From Pelagomonas calceolata (lineage: Eukaryota): a stretch of 64,000 nt of DNA. The first letter of the stretch is position 1. Each line of letters starts with the position of its first letter. Below are positions 31,342 through 40,963 of the stretch, in pieces. Made by a program: the position numbers and the translations under genes. The notes under the pieces were generated by a model that saw nothing but the letters and a program-made list of their open reading frames with translations, did not search any database and was not told where the DNA came from. The stretch covers positions 2,666,001-2,730,000 of the forward strand of contig CAKKNE010000002.1 of the NCBI GenBank assembly GCA_918797485.1, in the 5' to 3' direction.

Positions 31342-33184
31342 GGCGAGCCTCGCACAATTCCGCGCGGCGACGGCGCCGAGCCGCCGCGTCGCGAATTTGC
31401 GCCACGTCCGCGATTGCGTCATCAAGCGCGACGCGGACCCGTACTTAAGACCCGCGGAGGTCCTCGCGTTGCTCGAGCCGGAGCGGCTGGGCGCCATCGA
31501 ACTTTATGCTGCGGAGGACCCGGAGCCGCAGATACGTAAAAGTAGAACGATCCCGCGCATCAAGACGATCGAGTTCCGCTCATACATGGACCGCAACGAG
31601 CCGTGCCTGATCGAAGGTATTGGGAGGGACTGGGGTCTGCGGGAGTACGTCACGGAAGGCGTACCGGACCTCGCCAAACTCGCGGAAACGTACGGTAGGG
31701 TCCAGGTGCCGGTCCAGGACGCCGGCGTGGCGAAGATGATGCCGTTGTCACAGTTCGCCCGGGTCTGGCGCGAGAAGATTGCTGAAGGCCGGCGCTACTA
31801 TCTTAAGGACTGGCACTTCCGCCTGGACGGCCTCGGTCATTTGGCGCCCGTTCCTGAAATCTTCGCGGACGACTGGCTGAGCGGGGCCCGCGACATGGAC
31901 TACCATTTCGTGTATCTCGGCGCCGCGGGCACGCGTACGAAGCTGCACTGCGACGTCGTCAACAGCTTCTCGTGGTCGGCGAACGTCTGCGGTTCCAAGC
32001 GCTGGCGGTTCTTACCCGCGGCCGAGACCTCTTTGCTACGGGACGTGTTCGGCGAGGACGTCGCGTCGAGCTTCGGGCCGTCGTCTTCAGAATATCCGCG
32101 GCGTGGGAAAGCACGACCGATCGAGGTCGTGCAGCAGCCCGGGGAAGCCATTTTCGTGCCTTCGGGCTGGTACCACGACGTGGAGAACCTAAACGACTGC
32201 CTCTCCGTGAACTGCAACTGGGCGAACGCCTCGAACTTGTTGTGGTGCGGACCGCGCCTCGTCGACGAAGCAAACGCGGCGCCGGGCGAGGTCTCGACCT
32301 CCCATTTCCTGCGGCGCGTCGCCGCGCGCGCCGCGTCCACACAAAGCCCGCGCGACCTCGCCGCGGCGGCGGCGGCAGCGCGCGCGCTGGAGGGGCGCGA
32401 GGGCGACGCGGCGGTCGCGCTCGCCGCCGCGGCCGACGCGCGGCGCGCGGCGCTCGTCGACTCGGACTCGGACTCCGGCGAGGACTTCCTCGGCCGCGTC
32501 GGCGCGGACTTGTTCGAGGACGATGAAACGCCGCGGCGGCGGCCTACGCGGCGCGGCTGGACGCCGGGCTTCCACGACGTGGTGGACCGCGGCGTGACTA
32601 GCTTTGAGGCTGATGTGGGTGGGCGTAGAGTGTGTTGCCGCTTGGGCTACCGCGAGAGCGGCACCGGGTCTAGTGTTTGGGACGGCGCCGTCGTCCTGGC
32701 GCGCTTTCTGGAAACGCACCCGTCCCTCGTCCGCGGCAAGCGGGTCCTCGAGCTAGGCGCGGGCACGGGCTTTGGCGGGCTCTGCGCGGCGGCGCTCGGC
32801 GCTTCAAATGTGACGCTGACGGACATTGAAGCGTGCCTGCCGCTGCTGCGGGAGAACGCCGCGGGCGTCGACGGGGTGGTCGTTGAGGCGCTCGACTGGA
32901 CCGAGCCCGTAGCCCCGTCGCAGCGCGCGGACGTCCTTCTCGCGGCGGACTGCCTGCTCCCGGGCCGCGAGGGCCTCTTCGCGCCGCTCGCGACGACGCT
33001 CGCGGCGCTGCTCGCCGGGGACGCCGTCGCGTACTTCGTCTACGAACAGCGCTGCATGGACTGTGGGCCCTTCTTCGAGCTGCTGCGCGGCGCCGGCGTC
33101 GCTGTATCCTGTATTCCGGACGACGACCTGCATCCGGAGTACCGAGCTCCCGAGATACGGGTGCTCGAGCTGCGACGAACCTAA
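31334..33184 (+). CDS. JmjC (JMJD4-like) hydroxylase fused to a METTL21-type (Methyltransf_16) SAM methyltransferase
   Basis: YLKDWHF, DYHFVYLG, HCD..SFSWSANVCGSKRW, PSGWYHDVEN; then GSSVWDGAVVLARFL, VLELGAGTG and LAADC. Confidence 0.85.
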   Translation: MDEASLAQFRAATAPSRRVANLRHVRDCVIKRDADPYLRPAEVLALLEPERLGAIELYAAEDPEPQIRKSRTIPRIKTIEFRSYMDRNEPCLIEGIGRDWGLREYVTEGVPDLAKLAETYGRVQVPVQDAGVAKMMPLSQFARVWREKIAEGRRYYLKDWHFRLDGLGHLAPVPEIFADDWLSGARDMDYHFVYLGAAGTRTKLHCDVVNSFSWSANVCGSKRWRFLPAAETSLLRDVFGEDVASSFGPSSSEYPRRGKARPIEVVQQPGEAIFVPSGWYHDVENLNDCLSVNCNWANASNLLWCGPRLVDEANAAPGEVSTSHFLRRVAARAASTQSPRDLAAAAAAARALEGREGDAAVALAAAADARRAALVDSDSDSGEDFLGRVGADLFEDDETPRRRPTRRGWTPGFHDVVDRGVTSFEADVGGRRVCCRLGYRESGTGSSVWDGAVVLARFLETHPSLVRGKRVLELGAGTGFGGLCAAALGASNVTLTDIEACLPLLRENAAGVDGVVVEALDWTEPVAPSQRADVLLAADCLLPGREGLFAPLATTLAALLAGDAVAYFVYEQRCMDCGPFFELLRGAGVAVSCIPDDDLHPEYRAPEIRVLELRRT

Positions 33185-33336
33185 CTTGAATGTTGAAAAT
33201 CATTATATACACTACTACTACGAATTTCAAAGCCGCGAGAGCACGAATGCGATGGCGCCGGCGTGTACGGCGGACACACATACGCACACGCGTCGACGTC
33301 GACGGCGTCAGCGCCAGCCTCGCACGAGAGAGGTGC

Positions 33337-34746
33337 TCAAGCGCGCTGGCGCTTTTTTTCGACCCAGGCCTGAAACTTGGATAGGGCCGCATCTAGAACG
33401 TCGCGGCCCACGAACGCGTAGCAGATGCGGAACCAGCCCGGAGATACTGCGTGCTGCGCCTCGCCCGGCGTCAGGACCACGCGGATCTCCGTCCGCAACT
33501 GATCGTACAATCGAGCTTCCGCGGCCCACGACTTCTCGTCTAAGAGTGAGCTTAAATCGCACCAAAGGAACATGCCCGCGTCCGGCACGTAGTAAGGTAA
33601 CGAGAGCGAATCCATCATCGCGGTGCACGCCGCACACGACAACCGTAACGCTACGGTATTTGCTCGTAAGTAATCGTCGCAGAACGCGTCGTCCGACAAT
33701 AGCTCCGTGACCATCGCTTGGCAGACGCCCGGCACGCAGCCGAACATGGCCGCCGTGCCCAACGCTTGTCGTAACCGGTCGTTCTGCGTCCACACACACC
33801 CAAACCGCAGCCCGCTCATCCCGAAGTCCTTGGACAGGCCCCAGACCACATGACGTCGATCGCCCAAGGCGCCCTTGGTTATTCGTCCAAGCGAGACGAA
33901 CGCGTCCCCTTTCAGGAGGGACAACGCGTAGACCTCGTCCGAGACGAGGTGCATCTTCTTCGACTCGCACCAGCCGACGGCGAGTCTCAGTTCGTCTTCC
34001 GTCAAGCAGCGGCCCGTCGGGTTGTGCGGGTTCGTGAGCAGGAGGGCCTTTGCCGTTTGACCGCTCGCCGCGTACGCCGCGTCGAGGGCACTCCGTGTCA
34101 GCGCGAAGTCGCCCTGTCTTAATCGAACTGGAATTCTTTTCAGGGCGCAGATCGCTCCTAAATCAGCGTCGAACGCGGCGTAGTAGGGCGCCGGTATTAG
34201 TACAGAATCGCCCGCCTCGCAGATCGATAGAAACAAGTTGTTCAGGCAGGCCGCGGCGCCCGCCGCACAGGAGACGTGGTCACTCACGACGCGCGGCCGT
34301 TCGTCCCTGATAATGCGCCGATCCAAGAACCGCGCCAGCGCGGCTTTCAACTGCGCGCAGCCGTCCATGGGGCCGTAGTTCGCCGTCCAGTCGGGAATCT
34401 GTTTGAGGGCGGCCTCGACGCGCGGCTTCAGGCGCGGCCAGCAGAGCTTGTTCTCCGCGACGGCCAGCAAAATCACGCCCTTGCCCGTCGTCGCATCATA
34501 AGGCTCGGCGAAGCCCTCGAGGACGCCGCCCATGTACGGGAGCGCGGGTCTTGTAAGTCTGGAGCCGCGGCTCGAGAGGCTGTCGTTCTTGTCGTTCTTC
34601 TTGCGTTTTCGCTTCGGTCGCTTGCTCCTCGCCTTCGCGGCGGCCGGCGACGGCATGAGCGTTAAAGCTGCCGCGAGCACTGCCACGCCGCACGTCGCGG
34701 CGGCGGCCACGATGACTTGGGCTCGGGCGGAGAGCTGGCGGACCAT
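33337..34746 (-). CDS. PLP-dependent class I/II aminotransferase, ACC-synthase-like, with an N-terminal TM anchor
   Basis: LAVAENKL, PAPYYAAF, TNPHNPTG, VSDEVYA, GLSKDFGMSGLRFG, PGWFRICYA. Confidence 0.85.
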   Translation of the reverse strand: MVRQLSARAQVIVAAAATCGVAVLAAALTLMPSPAAAKARSKRPKRKRKKNDKNDSLSSRGSRLTRPALPYMGGVLEGFAEPYDATTGKGVILLAVAENKLCWPRLKPRVEAALKQIPDWTANYGPMDGCAQLKAALARFLDRRIIRDERPRVVSDHVSCAAGAAACLNNLFLSICEAGDSVLIPAPYYAAFDADLGAICALKRIPVRLRQGDFALTRSALDAAYAASGQTAKALLLTNPHNPTGRCLTEDELRLAVGWCESKKMHLVSDEVYALSLLKGDAFVSLGRITKGALGDRRHVVWGLSKDFGMSGLRFGCVWTQNDRLRQALGTAAMFGCVPGVCQAMVTELLSDDAFCDDYLRANTVALRLSCAACTAMMDSLSLPYYVPDAGMFLWCDLSSLLDEKSWAAEARLYDQLRTEIRVVLTPGEAQHAVSPGWFRICYAFVGRDVLDAALSKFQAWVEKKRQRA

Positions 34747-34952
34747 ATCTTAGCGTTGAGGCTTCGGGTGTCTGAAGCTTGACGCTTGAGAGAGTGGTTG
34801 TACAGAGGGTTGTTGTTGGCCGCCTTTTTACCGCACCGCTCAGCGTGAAAGTTGGCACACGGCGGCGGAGAGGTTCAGAGGCGCGTGTCGACTCGTCAGG
34901 GAAACGTCTGGGCGCTCCGCGCCGACGATTTCACCGCTGCAGCAAAACCAAC

Positions 34953-34974
34953 CTAGCGTCGCGTAAGACACTAG
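34953..34974 (-). promoter_or_regulatory. CTAGTGTCTTAC-N5-GCTAG motif, copy 6
   Basis: In the divergent aminotransferase/membrane protein gap. Confidence 0.6.
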
Positions 34975-35140
34975 CCCAAAATGCTCTCCGACCCCTAAGT
35001 TGTTGAACAGCTCACTGTCACGTGCATTTGGAATTGCCTACGTTGCTCGTACGGACTCCTACGAACACCGGCGCAAGACCTCTCTGTATTTCGCATCTAC
35101 ACGTTTGCTTCCAAGCACTGATACCCACTGTGAATCAGCA

Positions 35141-35701
35141 ATGTCTCTCCTGAACGTCGAGGCCATCCTGCGCATCGGCGCCTGCGGCTGCTTCATCGGC
35201 CACGGCTGGATCGCCGCCTTCAAGCTCGAGTTCAGCGGCTGGAAGAAGTTTTTGTTCAGCGCCGGCTTCAGCGAGGCCGAAGCCCACGTGCTCATGCCGA
35301 TCATCGGCTGGATGGACGTGCTGCTCGCGCTGGCCACCTTAATAAGACCGGTCGAGCTCTTTAGCGCGTGGATGGCGGCGTGGGCCTTCTCGACGGCGCT
35401 CGTGCGGCCCTTCTCGGCCGGCGCGGCTCGAGCCTTCGCGCCCATGTCTGACAACGCCTTGTGGGGCTTCGTCGAGCGCGCGGCCAACTGGGCCTGCCCG
35501 CTCGCGCTGCTGTGCCTGCAGAAGGCCGACGGCTACGAAGCGGCCGACATTACCGGATTGGGTTCGTACCTGGCGCCGCTCGACGCGCTGAACACGGACA
35601 AGGACCTGGCGACGCTCTTCAAGTATATCTGCATCATGGTGTGTGTGGTCTGGGCGCCCGTGCCGTTATTGCGGGCGCGCGGCAAGAACAAGAGCGCGTG
35701 A
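35141..35701 (+). CDS. Small multi-pass membrane protein of unknown function
   Basis: 4-5 hydrophobic segments; LRIGACGCFIGHG...LMPIIGWMD...RP...FVERAANWACPLALL. Confidence 0.75.
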   Translation: MSLLNVEAILRIGACGCFIGHGWIAAFKLEFSGWKKFLFSAGFSEAEAHVLMPIIGWMDVLLALATLIRPVELFSAWMAAWAFSTALVRPFSAGAARAFAPMSDNALWGFVERAANWACPLALLCLQKADGYEAADITGLGSYLAPLDALNTDKDLATLFKYICIMVCVVWAPVPLLRARGKNKSA

Positions 35702-35897
35702 GCCCGGACGAGCGGTCGAGCAACCCCTTCTCCCGCGCGCCGAGAACCCAGATGTATATATATTCAGTACAAGTAGAGATCGCTAGTCCGGAAACGGCTA
35801 GATTTGTGTTATGTGCCTTTCCGCCTTGGGACGAGCCCGCATATTGCCGCAACAAGACAGCCGTGCCGCGAAAAACACACTTCTCGCACCGAGCACC

Positions 35898-36899
35898 ATG
35901 GACCGGCTGCCCGCCGCACCGAACGCGCGCAACAGCCGCTCCCACAGCCGCTCCCACAGCCGCTCGCGCAGCCGCTCGCGCAGCCGTTCGCGCAGCCGCA
36001 GCCCGCTGTCACAAGCCTCCCGATGCAAGCGCACGTCGGGAAAAGCCTGGTCTCGCCAGCCGACCCAAGTCGAGCAGCTCACGGGCGAGTTAGGCCTGAC
36101 GCGCCTGACGGCGCGGGGCGTCACCCCGGTGACGCTAAAGGAGATGTTGGCAGAAGTGGGACCCAAGACGCAAGACGCTTTCTTTGACCTCCTATATAAG
36201 TGCAATATTAGAGATCTCGACTTCGAGTTTGAGCAAACGCTCGATCTCGAAGTGTTGGCCGCCGAGACGGGCCCGGAGACGATGCCCGCCCCTCATCTGC
36301 TGAATATCGTGTTAGCGGTTCTTGCTTCGCGCGACGGCCAGCAGGCCGCTAGTGATGGGAAGAAGGACTTGAGCCTGAGCCCCTCATCTCTCGGACCGCC
36401 CGGCGGCGGCGAGGGCGGCCACGGGTATGCCGACGACGAACAAGAAAAGTACCTGCGAGACTTGGAAGCTGACACCGAGGCTCATGTACGAAAGGCTCAG
36501 CAACGCATAAGGGAGCTGGATCGGTTGCGCGTCGAGACGGCCGCGGAATTTGCACGAAACAAGCACAAGATCAAGACCGTGATGCGCGATTTTGATCGCA
36601 TGGCGCAGGCCCAGGGCTACGCGGGCGCATTCGACGATGGCTCGCGGGGGCCGCACCACAAGAACGCTCCGGCGCCGCGCCGCTACGTCGACCGGGCGTC
36701 GGGACTGCCGTACTGGCACGACGCGGCGACAGGTAGGTCGTACTGGGACGAAGCGATGACGACGGAGACCTTGGTTAGCCGCGGGCGCCGGCGCCAACCT
36801 GCCGCCGCGGCGCCGGCGCCCGCGGCCGCGAAGGTGGCCACAAAGGTTAGACCCTTCATCACCCCGATCAACCCCGACAAATACGACGTCCGGCTCTAG
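35898..36899 (+). CDS. Hypothetical protein with RS repeat, coiled coil and WW-like domain
   Basis: SRSHSRSHSRSRSRSRS at the N-terminus; YVDRASGLPYWHDAATGRSYW is WW-like. Confidence 0.65.
   Translation: MDRLPAAPNARNSRSHSRSHSRSRSRSRSRSRSRSPLSQASRCKRTSGKAWSRQPTQVEQLTGELGLTRLTARGVTPVTLKEMLAEVGPKTQDAFFDLLYKCNIRDLDFEFEQTLDLEVLAAETGPETMPAPHLLNIVLAVLASRDGQQAASDGKKDLSLSPSSLGPPGGGEGGHGYADDEQEKYLRDLEADTEAHVRKAQQRIRELDRLRVETAAEFARNKHKIKTVMRDFDRMAQAQGYAGAFDDGSRGPHHKNAPAPRRYVDRASGLPYWHDAATGRSYWDEAMTTETLVSRGRRRQPAAAAPAPAAAKVATKVRPFITPINPDKYDVRL
35933..36004 (+). repeat. 12-nt coding tandem repeat (cagccgctcgcg-like) encoding the RS tract
   Basis: About six degenerate copies visible. Confidence 0.8.
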
Positions 36900-37097
36900 A
36901 CGCCTAGCTCTAAGCCTAGTCCCTAGCATAAGCATCCCCCCCTAGCTCTAAGCCGGAGGATGCCGATCGTGAGGTAATCGTGAACGCCGAATGCCACGAC
37001 GACGAAGAGACGTAGGAGCCAAGACTCGTCCGGAAATAGTTAGGTGTCACGGTCGCGGGTTAGGGGAGAGAGGACTCGGTGAGAGGAGCGCGCGTGC

Positions 37098-38541
37098 CTA
37101 GGCCTCGGCCGGCGCGGCTGCCTTCTCGGCGTCGAGGAGGAGTTTGAGGCCGTCGTAGAGGGCCTGGACGATGGCGGACTCCTTGATGAAGAGCCGCGCC
37201 GAGGGCGAGATGTCGACGGTGCCGTCGGCGCCGATGGGCGTGTGCTCGCCGCCCGTGCCGCGGACGCTGAGGCCGAGCGGGCCCGCGATCTCCTTGGCCT
37301 TGGCGTCCGTGCCGTCGGACGTGAGGTTCGGGATCTTGACGTGGACGGACGCGCGCATGCCCGTGCCGAGGTTCGTCGGGCACGACGTGACGTAGCCGTA
37401 CGTGTCGTCCTTCGCGAAGTCGACGCCCTCGATGGACTCGACCGCATCTAAGAGCTCCTTGAGCTCGTTGAAGACCTCGTTGAGGAGGAAGCCCTTCTTC
37501 ATGACCATGATGCGGAGCTGGTCCTCCTCGCCGAACCAGACGATCTTCTTTTTATCTTCCGACTGCCAGCAGCCGCGGCCGTAGGGCCAGTCGTTGGCGA
37601 TGCCCGCCGACGCGAGGTACGTGTCCGCCGCCATGTCCTTGAACATGACGTGCGCCGCCACGAGCTCGTTGTACTTCTCCTCGTCGATCTTGTTCGGGTG
37701 CTCGACGCCTTCGCCGAGGTCGGGCGAGTAGGAGTAGACCGTGCCGCCGAACTTCTCCTTCAAGGCGTCGAAGGAGCCGGTCATGGTCACCTCGAACTTG
37801 ATGCGGTCCTCCTTGGTCATGGCGCCCGGGAGCGGGAACGACGCGAGGTTCCGGCCGACGCGCACGCGCATGGACAGCTCCTCGGCGAGGCCGAGCTTCT
37901 GGAGGTCCAGCACACCGCCCTCGCCGACGCCCGAAATGTCCCAGTCGTTCTCGTGCTTCTCGGCGCAGGCCGGGTCGCCCTTGTGGTAGTCGCCGATCGC
38001 CTTGGCGAAGAAGGGCGCGAAGGTCGTGTAGTCCGTCGGCGTCATGGCGTAGCAGCCCATGCCGGAGTCGGCGTTGTCGAAGCCCGTCTTGATGCACTTG
38101 TAGAAGGTCTCCTTGTCTTCATCACTTAAGCCGTCGTAGTAGGCCTGGTCGAAGTACCTGCGTGTGCATGGCATGAGGCGGGGCGTTCTGCGTTATCGCG
38201 GCGGCAGCGGCGGACAAAGCAATGCGCGGCGCTGCGGCGTCGGGCACCGCCGCGTCGACGGCGTGCTCCCAGCGCCCGCTTGCCAAGATCCGTGCCGCCG
38301 CCGACGGGGCGCCGGCAGGCGAAGCAATGCACGCCCGGTGCTGGGAGGGGCAGCCCCCGGCCGTGGGAGAGCACAGCGCCACCGGCCGACGGCGCCGCGG
38401 CGGCGGCGGACGGGGCGATGCGTGCCCGGTGCCGGGAGGCAAGGAAAGGGACGCTGCTATTCACTTAGCGGCGCGGTTGCCGGGGTTGGACTCGCGGAGG
38501 GCCGCGGCCTGCTTCTCGAGCTCCTCACCAGTGGGCGCCAT
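37098..38541 (-). CDS. Phosphagen (ATP:guanido) kinase, 2 exons (38541-38465, 38157-37098)
   Basis: SMRVRVGRNL, WPYGRG, EEDQLRIM, CPTNLGTGMRASVH, RGTGGEH. A 307-nt GT-AG intron (38464-38158) joins MAPTGEE...NRAAK|YFDQ in frame. Confidence 0.93.
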
Positions 38542-38817
38542 GTGGTCTTAAAATTGCTACTTACTGGCCTCTCGTTTTTGCGAGAGCCTAGGCAGCGCCC
38601 TTTCTGCACCTTCGGCCTAGCGGTTACAAATTCTGAGATGCCGCGGTCGGAGCCGTCGCCCGGGAGACGCCGCCCGGGAGCCGGTCCGAAGGCCCCCGGG
38701 CTACGAGCTCGCCGGTGCATCGGCGACGCGCGCGGTGCCTGTCTTCTCAACTACGCGTGCCCGATGAATCAACGCGGGATACCCGACTAGTGGTACCGAC
38801 TAAAAACCACCCCTTAC

Positions 38818-39720
38818 TCAGACGCTCGCGAACGCGGACTCGATCGGCGTCGTCCCGCCGCCCTCGCCCTCGATGATCTCCACGACCTTCTTCGAGGCCT
38901 TCCCGTCGGACAGGGCCTGAACGCAGACGTCGGCCACGAGGTCTCGCGAGACCTCGCCGGCGTTCAGCGTGTCCTCCTTCGATACTTTGAGCGGGCCCGT
39001 CGGCGGCTTGGCCTTCAGGCCGCCCGGTCTTACAATGGTGTAGTCCAGTCCGGAAGCTCTGAGATATTTCTCGGCGACGATCTTCTCATCTAAAACATGC
39101 CCGAAGGCGTTCGTGACTTGGAAACCGGGCGAGTTCTCCTGGCCCCACGCGCGGCCGTTCGTCAGGATCGAAGACACCATCACGACCTTCTTCACCCCAG
39201 CCTTTTTGGCGGCATCCACTAACGCGACAGTCCCCAAGTTATCGACGGCGTGCGCCTGGGCGTCCATCTTCAGGGGATTGCCCGGCACGAAGCCCGTCGC
39301 AATAACTAAAGCGTCACTCCCACTGAGCGCGGCGGCCATGTCGTCGACGGACATGGCCACAACATCCAACTTCGCTAATCTCACACCCTTCGTGTCCACC
39401 GCGTCCACCTTCTGGACCATGGCGCCTCGGACGACCGTGCTGGCCTCAGCGAGCGTCTTCTCGGCTTTCTTCGTGTCGCGCACGCCGGCAACCACGGAGC
39501 CGCCCTTGGCGGCGAGGCGTTCCAGCACTCTGCGTCCGGTCTGGCCCGTGGCGCCGGCGACGAAGACGGTGGCGGGCGCCGCTGACGTGCGCATCATCTG
39601 CTCCGCAGCGTTGGCGGGCAGGGCGCAGCCCAGGGGTGCCGTTACTAACCAACGGCGGCGGAGGTCGAGCGCCGCCGCCGTGTGCAGTGTTAGGAGCATC
39701 CATGTGGTGCTGAGGGGCAT
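38818..39720 (-). CDS. NAD(P)-binding atypical SDR (Tic62/NmrA-like), probably plastid-targeted
   Basis: VFVAGATGQTG, VDNLGT, SGLDYTIVRPGGL, VSRDLVA; signal peptide. Confidence 0.85.
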   Translation of the reverse strand: MPLSTTWMLLTLHTAAALDLRRRWLVTAPLGCALPANAAEQMMRTSAAPATVFVAGATGQTGRRVLERLAAKGGSVVAGVRDTKKAEKTLAEASTVVRGAMVQKVDAVDTKGVRLAKLDVVAMSVDDMAAALSGSDALVIATGFVPGNPLKMDAQAHAVDNLGTVALVDAAKKAGVKKVVMVSSILTNGRAWGQENSPGFQVTNAFGHVLDEKIVAEKYLRASGLDYTIVRPGGLKAKPPTGPLKVSKEDTLNAGEVSRDLVADVCVQALSDGKASKKVVEIIEGEGGGTTPIESAFASV

Positions 39721-39831
39721 GGTTGCCCTCTCTGTGTTTGTGAGTGCACTGATGCCTCACTAGCGTCTCTAGTGTGTCAATGGGACGCTAGCTGCTCTGC
39801 ACTCGGCGGTTGATGAGTTAACAAACAAGAT

Positions 39832-40392
39832 TTAGTCTTCGTCCTCCATGTCGTTCAGCAGCGCCTTGCCCGCTTTGAGCGCGTCTTCGAGGTGCGCCAG
39901 GAAGCTGACGAGCTTCGGGCGCGGGCCCTTGCCGAGCCCCTTGACGACGCCGACGAGGCAGGGCAACGATGCGGACGGCGGCACGCACGCCCGCTCCGCC
40001 GCCGCCCGCAGGCGCGTCGCGTTCCCGATCAAAGTCTTGATGAAGCCGAGGCGCGCGGCGCCGACGTAGCGCTCCATGCCCTCGATGAACGACTCGTTCT
40101 TGAAGAGCTCCGTGAGCGTCGTCGGCCAGAGGACCATGGCCTCCGGACACGACGCGCCGCCGTCGTCCAAGAGGCGGTGGAAGCGCCAGCGGCCGCGGAG
40201 GACCCGGAGGTGCCTCTCCTCGAAGACGACGCCGTGCCGCGCGTTGATGGCGGCGTCCATGAGGCCGTTTGCGAGCGCGAGGCTGTTGTAGACGTCGAGA
40301 AATACTAACGACTTGTCGGCCGCGACCCGCGCCTCCGCCTCCTCGTAGGTTCGTCGCAATAGCTGGCGGCGCCAGGGTAGTGGCATTATCAT
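39832..40392 (-). CDS. Hypothetical protein (186 aa)
   Basis: ORF with GC3-rich codons; no motif recognised. Confidence 0.55.
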   Translation of the reverse strand: MIMPLPWRRQLLRRTYEEAEARVAADKSLVFLDVYNSLALANGLMDAAINARHGVVFEERHLRVLRGRWRFHRLLDDGGASCPEAMVLWPTTLTELFKNESFIEGMERYVGAARLGFIKTLIGNATRLRAAAERACVPPSASLPCLVGVVKGLGKGPRPKLVSFLAHLEDALKAGKALLNDMEDED

Positions 40393-40963
40393 CCACTAAC
40401 GCGCAGCGGCGTCGGGTAGCCCAGCGCCGCGGCCGTCGCGGGGAACTGCTGGCCGGCCTGCTCGGTGAGCTCGTCGGTGAGCTTGCTGATGTCCCCAAAA
40501 TAGCTGCTCATGTTTTGTGGTCCAGAGAGCAGGCTCCAGTGCGGTTCAAATTTGGCACAGCGCTGCGCGAACCGTCAGAGCTTACACACAGCGTGTCCAC
40601 GCGTTCATGCTGTACGCTAGGCCAGCCATATCATGCCGATAATGGTCCACAAGCCGGAATTCTAGTGTGTCAAAGACGCGCTAGCTCATTATGGGTTGTT
40701 GCAGTCGAGTGCAGCGCTAACTACACGTACTCACGCGTGGCACACGCCAGCGAGTCGTACTCTTATCTCATTGATCGCGCTGCGCGCGCGCTGCGACTGC
40801 TTTCGCTTGTGCAGCGGTCTCGCCAACACATCAATTGGCGAGCTTTGCTCGTAGAACTTAGTTACAGCTCTCTTGAACATGCTGTCATCGATCCGATGCG
40901 CTGCGTGCGATATTGGTCGTCTAGGCGGTGCTCCGAAGGTACACATGTGCCGCCGCCTGCTCA

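Noticed and set aside
36903..36954. cctagctctaagcc twice in a convergent gap
   Set aside because: Too short, and it lacks the TGTCTTAC core of the promoter motif.
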